A stretch of DNA of 62,235 bases, the filler included, from Chiloscyllium plagiosum (lineage: Eukaryota): assembly GCF_004010195.1 (NCBI RefSeq). It is 4 parts of one record of this genome, joined end to end, with 100 filler letters (N's around TTAATTAATTAA, not from the genome) between each part and the next. Parts side by side here need not be neighbours in the genome. Positions count along the whole stretch, not along the records: positions 26,664 to 57,759 come from NC_057715.1; 3 more parts are not named here. One strand, written 5' to 3'. Below the pieces are notes generated by a model that saw only the letters and a program-made list of their open reading frames with translations, searched no databases and was not told the origin of the DNA. This document shows, piece by piece, positions 37,889 to 49,022 of the stretch (position 1 is the first letter of the stretch; each line of letters begins with the position of its first letter). A program made the translations under genes and the position numbers.

Positions 37889-38676
37889 GCTGTGACTGGA
37901 AGTGTATTCAGAAAATTTAAAACCATTATGGGCTCTTGCAGATGGTCCCACCGGTCGTGTATCTGTTCGCAGGAGGTGGATCATTGCACCTGAATTCACA
38001 GTTTGGTCTCCCAGACTTGTACCCACTTAGTATTAGAGCCGAATGTGGCCTCAGGTTAAGTAGACCCAGCAGGGGTCTGTCATCCATTATGAAGGAGTGG
38101 ATCATCCTGACTCCAAATATGACCGCCAAACCTTCCTTCTCTGTCTGGGTGTACTTATGCTCTGCATTAGGCAAAGCGTTAGATGCATATGCTTTTGGGC
38201 GTTCCTCTCCATCAGGCTATCTATGAGCTAATTCTAACCCAAGGCTGTACGGGGAGGCTGTACGGGGAACTCGTTTGGGATCCTAGTACACCAACCTCTT
38301 CAAGGATGGTGGCTGTTTCTTCACTTCCCTGAAAGGTGTGGCTTCGCCATTTCCCAGGCTAACCCTTTTTTAAGAGTTGATGCAAAGGTGCCAGGATGGA
38401 GGCCGGGTTACATAACACTTACCATAATAATTCACCGGCCCAAGAAAAGACCTAAGCTCCGGTTCAGGTGTGGGAGCCAGTGCACCTTTGATCACCCTCA
38501 CTTTATCTTCCAACGGGTATGACCAGGTCTTGGTCAATTCTGTAGCCCAAGTAGGTCACTTGGGGATACCTGGAACACACATTTTTCTTACCCAAGGCAT
38601 ATGCTCATCTGGGAGAAAAGTCTAAGGATTATGACCAAGTTCTCTAAGTGCTCCTTATTGATCGTCCCTGTTATTA

Positions 38677-38882
38677 TGTGGTGATTGTGGTGTTGGACCA
38701 GGGTGGACAAAGTCAGAAGTCACATGAAATTGGGTTATAGTCCAACATGTTTATTTGAAATCACAAGCTAACGGAGCGCTGCTCCTTCATCGGGTGAGGT
38801 GACTTCACCCAGTGTTCCGAAAGCTTGTGAGTTCAAATAAACCTGTTGGACTATAACCTGGTGTCATGCGACTGCTGACTTT
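38677..38882. mobile_element. Palindromic PLE-type element (third family) with a decayed hammerhead
   Basis: TSD TCCCTGTTATTA (38665-38676, 38883-38894); inverted arms GTTATAGTCCAACA..TTTATTTGAA / TTCAAATAAA..TGTTGGACTATAAC. Confidence 0.8.
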
Positions 38883-38943
38883 TCCCTGTTATTAGCACCT
38901 CATCTCGATAAATGGCGACGTGAGGTAGACCTTGTAAGATGTT

Positions 38944-39201
38944 TGGACTCCTCCATCGTCAGACCACAACAAAACGACGGTTGGAGGAAGAACGCCTCAT
39001 CTTCCGGCTAGGAACCCTCCAACCACAAGGGATGAACTCGGATTTCACCAGTTTCCTCATTTCCCCTCCCCCCACCCTGTCTCAGTCAAATCCATCAAAT
39101 TCAGCACCGCCTTCCTAACCTGCAATCTTCTTCCCGACCTCCCCGCCCCCACCCCAGTCTGACCTATCACCCTCACCTTGACCTACCTCACTTTCTCCTC
39201 A
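38944..39201 (+). mobile_element. Neptune-type PLE 3' fragment
   Basis: GLLHRQTTTKRRLEEERLIFRLGTLQPQGMNSDFTSF; AAGATGTT on both sides. Confidence 0.85.
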
Positions 39202-39299
39202 AAGATGTTCTCTATTGTCTACTGAGAAATTGCACAGGCTACCGATACCCCAAATGCAGTCTCATATATTGGTACAAACCCTTAGGGTATTTATTGTAG

Positions 39300-39521
39300 G
39301 AGAAAGTGAGGACTGCAGATGCTGGAGATCAGAGCTGAAAATGTGTTGCTAGAAAAGCGCAGCAGGTCAGGCAGCATCCAAGGAGCAGGAGAATCGACGT
39401 TTCAGGCATGAGCCTTTCTTCAGGATTCCTGAAGAAGGGCTCATGCCTGAAACGTCGATTCTCCTGCTCCTTGGATGCTGCCTGACCTGCTGTGCTTTTC
39501 CAGCAACACATTTTCAGAGCT
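39300..39521. mobile_element. Palindromic PLE hammerhead element
   Basis: Arms meet at CAGGA|TTCCTG (~39425); TSD GGTATTTATTRTAG (39286-39299, 39522-39535). Confidence 0.9.
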
Positions 39522-41212
39522 GGTATTTATTATAGCATACTTCTGGGAATCATCAACTAACCACAACTGCAAGTACGCACGGCTCATGTCCAGCTTCAGT
39601 AAGGACAGCCCTCCTGCCAGCTTTCTCTATAAATCCTCTAAGCAAGGGGTTGGGTGTTTATCCAGCTGCGAAAAGCAGTTTACTATTTGTTTAAAATCCC
39701 CCCAAAAATGAACTCACCTGTCGGCTTTCATGATTGGTACAATTAACGCTGCTCATTTCACAATCGGGACTGCCTTGATGACTCCTTCACTTTCCAGCCT
39801 CCTGATTTGTGCCTCTACTTTTGCCTGTAAGGGAAATGGCACTGGGTGGGCCTTGCAGATTCATGGAATTACTTCCTGGTCAACATGCAAGGTGGTCTTG
39901 GCTCCTTTGATAATCCCTAGACCTTCCCGAGACATGTCCAGGTGTTTAATTAGGACTTCACTCAGGCAGCCATTTTCTAATCGAAAAATGTTTAGCCAAT
40001 CAAGGTGAACCTTCATCAACCAATTTCACCCCATCAGGTTTGGGCCCAAGCCTTTTACTATAATCAGTGGGAACTAACCAGCTGCTTATTGTCAGAGATC
40101 GGAACCAAAGTTGCCCCCTTAATCTATAAAGATTTCCCAGTATAGGCTCTCAGTCTAGCTGAGTTCTTGCAATAACTTAATGGTTGGAGTCCAGATGGAA
40201 TTTTGTTAAAGTGTGATGACTGAAACAGCCAGGCTGGTATGGATCTCCATTAGAGCCAGGTGACCATTTAACCGGATGTCTACTTTGATTGGTTCTGATT
40301 TGGATGTAGCTAAGCATTGAACTGTTCCAAACAAAATGTGGGTGGATTTCCAGGGTGTGCACTGTCCTAAATATCAGTTCTGAGTTCTCAATTTAGGTTT
40401 AGTGGGGCTCTTTTGCAATCTTGAGTTCTCATACTGGCAGCAACTACAATGGCCTGCCTGGATCCTTAAGAAAATGTTAACCATTTGCCTGGGGCTTGAC
40501 CTTGTTTTGGGATTTTGCTGTGGGCTGACCTAGAGTTCCTCTGGTCAGGGTATGTCCTGAGTGAGACTATGCAATTGTCTTCAGTCAAGTGATGTCCCCC
40601 AAGCTCAGTAGACCAGACAAGGGTGTCCACTTCCTTCAGAGTACCCTGTAACTCATATGCTCCACTTGCTGCATTTTCCAATTAAAAAGCCAGTTGTAGT
40701 GTCTATTTGAAGTCCAGTTGGGCTTCAGCTAGTTGGATGCTTTTGTATAGTTACATCGTTAATGCCACATATCAAATGGTCTCTCAGCATCCCATTAAGG
40801 ATTAAACCAAAGTCACATGCCTCTGCCAGTTGTCTTAACCTCATCAAAAATCCCAACACAGATTCCCCTGATTCTTGAACTGCTGAATAAAAATGATAGT
40901 GTCTCAGAATTAGGGAAGGCTTGGTGTCATAATATTCCTTAATCCTAAATCTGTCAACTCTTGAATTGTTTTAGTATCTGTTAGTCAGGCTCCTAATAAC
41001 TAAAAAAGCTGTGGGTCCACAGCTGTCACGAGAAATACCCATTGCTTTTCATCTGCCCAAGTGTCATCTGCCCACAGAAAATAACACATTCTTTCCACAT
41101 CCTGAGCCCAGTCTTCTTCCCAAATAACGGCATGATGCCAGAAATACTTCTCCCAACTCAAACACAACTGTAGCGAGTGGGTTTCTGCAGGACATGTTTC
41201 TCTTGTCACCAC

Positions 41213-41435
41213 AGATATAACTCCACAGAGGCTGGTATCCTGTCACCAAGTCACCCTATATTTATACGTGGAGAGTCCTTGACACTGATCCAGTTCCCTC
41301 AGAGTGAGCAGAATCTCTGATACTCTTTTTTCTATCTGTCAGCCAAGGCTCCCTGATTGGACCAGATTAACAGCCCCAATCAGGGAACTCAGATTTGATG
41401 AGACCCACCTGGCTGACCTCGTGACAATCACCACG
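41213..41435 (-). repeat. 5' LTR of the Gypsy element; PBS-like TGGTGACAAG at 41202-41211
   Basis: Directly upstream of gag; decayed TG..CA ends; TGG-starting PBS adjacent. Confidence 0.7.
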
Positions 41436-42984
41436 GCTGTGAATTGTCTTGATGGATGCAAGCTTAAAATCTTCAACAAATGTGCATTTTTCAACAATAC
41501 ACATCATCTGCATGAACAGTTGACTAACTTACATCCAGTTATATGTTAGCCTGCACCAGAGCTTGTTTATAATAAGGCAAAAATAATATACTATGAAGCA
41601 TGGAAATCTAAAACTATAAACAAGAAATTCTGAAACAGACTGAAAGTCAGCTCTATCTGTACAGGCAGAAACATAAGGTATTGTATTCACTGTTGATGAT
41701 GAGGTTCCCTCAGTATTGGAGTTTGCTTTGCTGAACGCCTCTGTTCTTTCTGCAAGTGTGACCCTGAGCCTCTGGTGCAATATATTGAATACTTCCCATT
41801 TCAATCTCTCTATACTCAGGCTCTGATATTGGCTTAATGCTCAGCACAATCTTATGGACCAAACATCTCCACTTTCTATGAAGCCACTTACAATCTTGTA
41901 GTCCTATCAAAGATAACGCCCTGTCTCTCTTTGATATTCTGCAACTGATAATATCATCAGTGAATCTATATTTTGTCACTATACCTTTTCCATTGTTGCC
42001 TCTCTTTACTTGTGATGTTCTCACTTTTCTGTTGACGTCTTGTATTTACGTGGATGAGAGATTATAGGGTATGCGGGAATGGAGAGTTGAGTTTAAAATC
42101 AGACCAACCATCATCTTCTTGAGTGATTGAGCAGGCTGGAAGGGCTCAGTGGTCTACTCTTGTTCCTTGTGTATTCAGTCAGCTTTTCCTTCCATCCTAT
42201 CACTCCTCTTCTCTCCTCCTGCTAACTTTTTCCCAAGCTTTACTCTTGCTTAACAGCTGTTCATGTACAAACAAAATTATGCAAGATTACTACCCGGAAA
42301 CATTGACGGATTTTCCTCAAGCAGCCTGGCCAATGATGTGGAATTTAGGAAAATATGGTGAGAATGAAAACCTCTGAACTTATTTCTGTAGAGTTTGTGA
42401 TTTTCTCAGGCACTGACGAGAAATTGGACGACACCAATTCCTGACTTGAAAGTCCGAGGTTGACCTGTCCAATGCTGTTTGCTGGTTACTTCACAAGGCT
42501 TCCTCATCCAGCACCATTTACCAACATCTCATGGCACATTCCATGGGCAGAACCCTCTTCACCCTTCACCCATGCATTGGAAAAGCACTAACATCATCAT
42601 ATCAGTCAATTGCACACTAACTCAGCACCTCAACACTGCACTTTGGAGCTCAGTGCTTCTACTAGGTCACCCCCATCTCAATATCTGAATGGGATATATC
42701 TCAAGGTCATGACACTCACTTGCTTTACACGTACGTGGATGCTCACGGCATCCCCGCCTTGCCTTGTCTTTCAGTGCAATGCCATTCCATTCAGAACTTA
42801 CAAGCTTAAGCATGACACAGACAAAATACCAGGCACCTCATCCCATTCTGACAAAGGGTCACTGGACTTGAGACATTAACTCTGTTTCTCTACTTATAGA
42901 TGATGCTAAATCTGCTGAATTTCTCCAGCAATTGTTATTTTCATTTAACAATAAAATTTACTTAAGAACTTAATTGATCACGGA

Positions 42985-43130
42985 ATTATAGAATCCCTAC
43001 AGCGTGGAAGCCAGGCTATTTGGCTCATTGAGTCCATCCCGATCCTCTGAAGAGCATCCCAACTACACCCATGCCCCCACCCTATCCCTGTAACCCTGCA
43101 TTTCCCATGACTAACCCACTGGCTATGCAT
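42985..43130 (-). mobile_element. HE1-type SINE 3' half
   Basis: ATAGAATCCCTACAG tail and body matching the other copies. Confidence 0.75.
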
Positions 43131-44429
43131 ATCCAGTGTGCCACACACCAAGTGATCTGAGTTGGGTGAAGACGTCATTCAGTGAATAATGGCCTTGAAG
43201 ATGTAGGCAGGTGACATTTAACCCTGATGCCCATCCCTATCTGAACCTAAACTGCCATCCTAACCTCTTAATCTGGGTCAAAACTGCAAGTTGCTCAGAA
43301 CCTGGCCCTCCTCAATTCCCCAATCCACAATTCAGAGATAAACCTAGACCCTGACCCCATCTAAACCCAAACCAGGTGATAAACCTTGATCCACACTCAT
43401 CTGAAAGGGAGACCATAAATCTGAATCAGACCTCTTTCACTGATACTGCATACTCTGGTGTTTCGGGATAAAATGAGGTTGGGATGCCATGTTCAATATC
43501 AGAAAAGCCTTAGCCCTCACTACTCAGGCCTGAGGGACACAAAACCTCCCCTCATGTGCACCCAAAGTATATCACATCCCAAATATAAGCTAATTTATTT
43601 ATATGGCACTATATCAGGTTGAAATATCAAAGTTTATTACGCAATGAATTACTGCAGAAGAATGATGATTGTAGTTATGTCCATAAAGTGTTGGTTGCAC
43701 CTTAAAGTTTGCAATGGCTTGACATTAGCACGCTATGAAATAAAATGCTTTCAGCTCAAGAGCCGCTCCCAAGAATATAAATGTAATCCCAGAGTGGTCA
43801 ACTAAAAGAACTCCTTGTGGGTCTATAGGTTTGGGATAAACAAGGCAGGGGGAATGGGTGCTGTGACCTCCTTATCTTTGACTACCTTGTCCATAGAAAG
43901 TGTCCAGTGGTACACCTCAGACCATCTGGGCACCAAAATGATTGGAACTTTTGTGAATATCATGAATAATTTGGTTTTATAAGTTTTCCCTTTTTTTTCA
44001 AACTCATTACCAAAAAATGTGGGAAATTGATCACTGGCGGAATGGCAAAGTCCTGAATGGTTGGAACTCAACCTTATGGATGCGATATTAAACTGATACC
44101 CCATCTACAGAATATGAAAGAGTGCAAAATTATTTTTATCAAGGAACTGAGGCTTTCTCAGCAGTGTAGAGGCCAACATTTATGCCAGTATCTCCAAAAC
44201 AGATTATGTGCTGGCTCTTCTTCCCTTGGAGCTCATTAACAAATGAATGTTAAGGCACATGCATAAGGGACTTATTTAGGATCTGAAGACTTGGAGCAGC
44301 ATTGCACATATGTGGTCTACTTGTACCCACATAGCAGACTGAGGCTGAGTCAGGCAATGCTCTATAATTTTCTATCTAGGCACTAAACATAACCACAGCC
44401 ACTTAAAGCTGCACTGAGACAGCATAGTC

Positions 44430-44570
44430 ACTATCAGATGGCTGCTTGTGGGATCTTGCTGTGCACAAGCCAGCTGCTGTGCTTTATACATTTAAAAAAC
44501 ACTTCCCTGGCAGTTAAAGCACTTTGGATCACACCTGTAACAGTAAAAGGTGTTTGATAAGTTCCTTGTT
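44430..44570 (+). mobile_element. Deu-domain SINE (SacSINE1/AmnSINE1-like) 3' remnant; related pieces at ~32660-32746 and ~54430-54503
   Basis: GCTTGTGGGATCTTGCTGTGCACAA..GCTGCTGTG..TAAAGCACTTTGG; tail TATATAAATGCAAGTCTTTC at ~54480. Confidence 0.55.
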
Positions 44571-45249
44571 TTAATTGACAGATTACCAGATGTGTGCTTA
44601 CTACGTTGCTACCAGTACTTAAATCACATTTTAAAAATTAAAAATATTAATACTCTCAAATCTGTTAGCAGTTGGATAATCTCTAAAATGTGAGATTTTT
44701 AATGTACTAAATACCTGCTAAATCTAGGTAGACCTCAGAGAAAGAATTTTTTCTAAAAAGTTCCTTTCGATGGATTTCAAATTTATTTGCCATGGTAGAC
44801 ACAATGGTGGAAGGATAATTAAATGTAAACCTCTCTGTAGGTAAACACATTTTATTGGCAGTATTCTTGTTTTGCTCCATTGCCTTAGGCTGAGATTATT
44901 TACGTCATGCTGCCACAAATTGAACATGTGGTGTGTCTTCCAATTCTCTGCAGCTTTACAGACAATCTGCAGTTATTGACCAATCTATCAGTTCCTTTAA
45001 AATTATTCCGTTTGAATTTCTTCCCAACCTTCCCCAGTGTTGGCGCTATTGAAGTGAGCAGAGTGTAAAGTTGGTACATGACCTTATTTCCATGATTGTA
45101 GCAATGATACTGACCTGATTGTGCATCACATTCTGCTCTGTCATGCTGTTGGTGGTGCGACGGGGGCAATGACTATAATGAGCTGTCTTCTCTTTTAATA
45201 AGCGTGGTCTCTGTTAAAAGATACCTACACATACACACTGCCAGTGGCT

Positions 45250-46760
45250 GGGTAATCACTTTGGAACACTCAACATCAAGGAAGGTAGTGTACTGTGCAA
45301 AATCCCTGCTTTCGGGACAAAGGGGCAAATAGGTGGATGCCAGGACCTGGTCCGTATTTCCAACAGGGATAGAGCTTTTCCAAGGAGCACCCTCAGAATG
45401 GAGGCAGAGCCAGCGATGAGGGTGGTCACTGCCCCTGTCAACAATGCTGAGGATAGGGCAGCAGAGCAGAAAGAGATGTAATGACTAATTCAGAGAATGC
45501 ATCTGTGCCTTTTATCTCACACCCACCATCACACACAACTCTCTCACTGTGTCAGATCCCTTCACTCCTTTAGCATCCTTATGACTCGTGAACATTCCGA
45601 TACCTCACTCCACCTGCACACACCTTCTATTCACACTAGCTGCATTGTATCTCTCTTCACACACCTTTGAAAACCTACAGCCACCCAACTGTGACAGTCA
45701 CAGTATAAGCACAGTGACACACACTCATAGGTTCTCTCTTGGAGCAGGAGGTAGGTCATAACAAAAAGGAAGCTATTAGTTGGAGGACCAGTTCTCCTGC
45801 ATTCTTCAGCCACTTCAGGAAACCATTCACAAAAACGATTGGAGTCAACAGAAAAAATCTAGTGACACCTGGCAGTGCTGACTTCACCAGTGTGCTGTAC
45901 TCCCTGGGAGAGAACAGTCGAAAAGTACCAGATCAGGCAAAGGAACCATCATGACAAGGATAGACAAGGCTAAACAGTTCCTTTTTTTCTCTTGGTGTCT
46001 AGTTGAATAAAGTTGCTTCTGGCCTTTATTGAATGATATTCTTTGGGGGGGGCACCTTGTCATGGAGAATATGAGATGTACAGTTAGGGAAAGGTGAATT
46101 TATGTCGGGGCGCAGACGTTCCTCTGAACTGAAGCATAGTCTTGATTTATATGGTCCCTTTCACTCAGCTGCACATAGTAGGTGTAGTCTCCTCCTCCTC
46201 CTCCTGTTCCCAGCAAGTACTGGCTGGGCTGTCAGAATTACAAGGCTGTGGAAGATGCAGCATATCACAACAAAAATGGGCACCTCTCAAGAGTACAGCT
46301 CAGAGATCAATCTGAGTGATGTGAGCAGTAAAAGCATTCCTGGCTGTCGATGATGACTAAAAAAAAATGTGGCACTAGAAAAGCACAGCAGGTCAGGCAG
46401 CATCCAAGGTACAGGAGAATTGACGTTTCAGGCATAAGCCCTTCATCAGGAATGTCAATGACGCCTTCCATTGCAGCATGAAGAGTTGGTGAAACTGAGT
46501 TATGAGTTATATGTGGATGAGGTACTACTTTATGTCATGAATCTTGATGGACAGAAGACTGTTGTGAACTGGATCAGGATAAAAACATGGATGCTGCTGT
46601 GATGGCTCATATTCATGAAAGTGGTTCACATTGACAATATGGTGTTATAGGATTGGTCCCCATTGATGTAGAAAGTCCTTAAAGCCACAGTCACTGTCAA
46701 ATTGGACCATAGAAAGACTATTATTAACATGTCATTGTCTACCATGTTAATGACCTTATC
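45250..46760. mobile_element. Decayed Harbinger element: transposase C-terminus (-) and possible Myb/SANT-like ORF (+)
   Basis: Minus IFVVICCIFHSL (~46240-46280) and SIHVFIL (~46580); plus QEVGHNKKE after a pyrimidine tract (~45745). Confidence 0.45.
46357..46453 (-). mobile_element. PLE hammerhead module
   Basis: AAAAGCACAGCAGGTCAGG...GACGTTTCAGGCATAAGCCCTTCATCAGGAAT; TGTCRATGAYG flanks. Confidence 0.8.
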
Positions 46761-46829
46761 AAAAAAGCTTCAAGCGCAAAAGGTGCTGATACATCTTTTG
46801 CCAATACAGTAAATGGTGTCCCAACAAAT

Positions 46830-47400
46830 AGTTGGAATACTGCAGGTTTTGGGAAATCTGAACCAAAAACAGGGAATGTGGGAAATACTGAGCTGTACAG
46901 CTGCATCTGAGGAGAGAGAAACAGCATGAATGTTTTTAGGTGAATAACATTTCCTCAGGATGAGAAAGGTTTGCTATGAACAGGTTTTAAAGCGCTGTTC
47001 CTTAAGCTCATTGGAACAATATACAAGGTCAAGGTTGGCCCTGGATGGTGGGAAGAGAACGGGTGAAAGGAAAAGTACTTCTGTGGGAAGGGACAAGGTT
47101 ATGGGCTTGATTGAAGGTGGACCAAGGTCATCTGGATGAAATGGTCCCTTTGGAAGTCTGAAAGGTGACTGGTAATGAAGATTATTTTGGTGCTGGCATA
47201 ACACTGGATGTGGCTGAGGACAATCCATTGAGTACAGAAGATGATACAGGATGTATGAGGACAGAGGGAACCCTGTGGTAATTCTGAGAGGAAGGGGAGG
47301 AGGGAGAGCAGAAGTACAGAAACAGAATGGAAATGGTCCAGCTAGTGACCATGCAGTGGAATCTCCAGGTGAGGTCAAAGGGAAATATTTGAGAAGCCAA
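46830..47400 (-). mobile_element. Old Neptune-type PLE fragment
   Basis: RVPSVL..HP and FRLPKG.. resemble the PLE RT-EN linker; decayed pLTR at 46830-46960. Confidence 0.5.
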
Positions 47401-47609
47401 TATATGGACATCTATCATACTCTTGCACTTGATTAATGAAAATCTAGAAATAACACAACGTAATTTATTTACATTGCTTTTTTTAATTCATTCGTAGGAT
47501 ACGGGTATCTCTGGCATAGTAAACCTACCTTTATTACCCATTCTTAGTTGTCATTGAGAAGATAGATTGAGTGTTCTTCTTGACCCACTCAATAAATCAA
47601 GCAAGTCTA

Positions 47610-48625
47610 TTCTGATGGAACAATGTTCTGCTTCATCTCCATGGTACAATAGTTGGAGAGCTTACAGCCAATCTCCAATCATCTCTGCTCTCTCTGAAGA
47701 GAATCTTCGAGTCTCACTTAAGCCTTTGTGAAAGCATAGTGAAGAACTGATCTCAGCTTCAATAAGACTAAAATCCTTTACCAATCCATCCCAGGTCAAG
47801 TTCCGGTCCATTCCTTCATTAAGATCAATGGAGAAATTCTCCCAAACGTGGAACGTTTCCCTGACCTGGTGAGCTACCTTTCATCTAAGACTGATATCCA
47901 TGCAGAGATTCAACTTTGCATCTAATCAGTGGGCACTGCCTTTGAATGCTGAAGAATGAGAGTCTTCGATGACTGTGACATCTGTGCTGATACCAGGACC
48001 CTTGTGTATAAAGCAGTCATCCTTCTGACTCTTCTAGCCAGTTCCAAAAATGTTTGAATATCATCTCAAGGCCCTTAAGATCAATGCCATTTGAGACAGA
48101 TTCTGTCTGATGCATCAACTGGGAGGACAAGTGTACTAATATCAGGGTCCTTAAAGCAGCCCAGGGTATCAGCATTGAGGCCATAATAATCAAAACCAAC
48201 CTCGCTGGCTGTCCATGTGCTTAGGATGCCTGAGTTTCAATTGCCACAGTGAATTGTCTTCATCCAACTCAAGGAAGGCATTTGAGCGAGAGGAGGATGC
48301 ATGAAGCAATTCAAAGACTCTGAAGGCTTCCCTCAAGAAATCCAAGGGAGACCTTTGTTTGGAAGAAACCAACTTGGAGAAAACTCCTGTATGAAGGGAC
48401 ACGATTCTTTGAAAATGCTCAGTGGAGTACAGGAAAGGACAGGGAAAAAAGAATAGCAATAATTTCAAGGCTAAGGACCACTCCCACTTCCCAGAAACAC
48501 CTGCCAACTGTGTGGTCAGAGATGTGGGTCCAGGATCAGGCTCATTAGCTCTACAAGGACCCACAGAGTCCATGAGCAATGACACAGGATTTCCTGGGTG
48601 GACTATCAGACTGTGCTGATGATGT
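47610..48625 (+). mobile_element. Decayed RTE-clade LINE 3' part
   Basis: INGEILPNVERFPDL.SYLSSKTDIHAEIQ, LVYKAVI, and terminal CQLCGQRCGSRIRLIS..RTH zinc-finger relic. Confidence 0.8.
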
Positions 48626-48774
48626 TACCCCAATCCTGGAGGGACTGTGACTGAGCCACACTGTGACTATCTGTTACACACCTTGACTTTTTCTCTGTTT
48701 CATCTCCTCATCTCAGTTGTCTGTCATCTCAGAGTGCAGATGGTCACTATATCAGTTTCTACAAACCAATGATA

Positions 48775-48895
48775 GAGGCTCTTGTGGTGCAGTAGTAGTG
48801 TCCCTACCTCTGGGCCAGGCAAGGCCTGGGTTCATGTCCCACCTGCTCCAGAGATGTGTAGTAACGTCACTAAACAGCCTGATTTGAAAATATCT
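48775..48895 (+). mobile_element. tRNA-derived SINE head
   Basis: TGGTGCAGTAG A box, GGTTCATGTCC B box. Confidence 0.6.
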
Positions 48896-49022
48896 CCAGA
48901 AGCCTGTATGGCCGATAGCCAACCAAACTCTTTTCAGTTAGTGACTGACTTAGGGTCCTTTCTTAAAGGTGCATTCACTTGAAGCAGTAACTCATTTTAT
49001 TGCAGAATTTTCTCTGTTCATG

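Larger units (their letters stand above)
34897..41435 (-). mobile_element. Decayed Gypsy LTR retrotransposon (gag-pro-RT-RNase H-integrase) with nested insertions
   Basis: Gag MPLFG (~41130) and LAEACDFG..LRDHLIC; RT NILQGLPHVAIYRDEVLITG (decayed YLDD, ~38890-38940); RNase H KYTQTEKEGLAVIFGV; integrase PWTRLHVDYVGPF. Confidence 0.9.

Noticed and set aside
38677..38700. TGTGGTGATTGT resembling the Gypsy LTR start
   Set aside because: Only about 11 bp of identity; likely coincidence.
41529..42024. Overlapping 91- and 104-aa minus-strand ORFs in unique sequence
   Set aside because: No recognisable domain or convincing splice context; length is compatible with chance.
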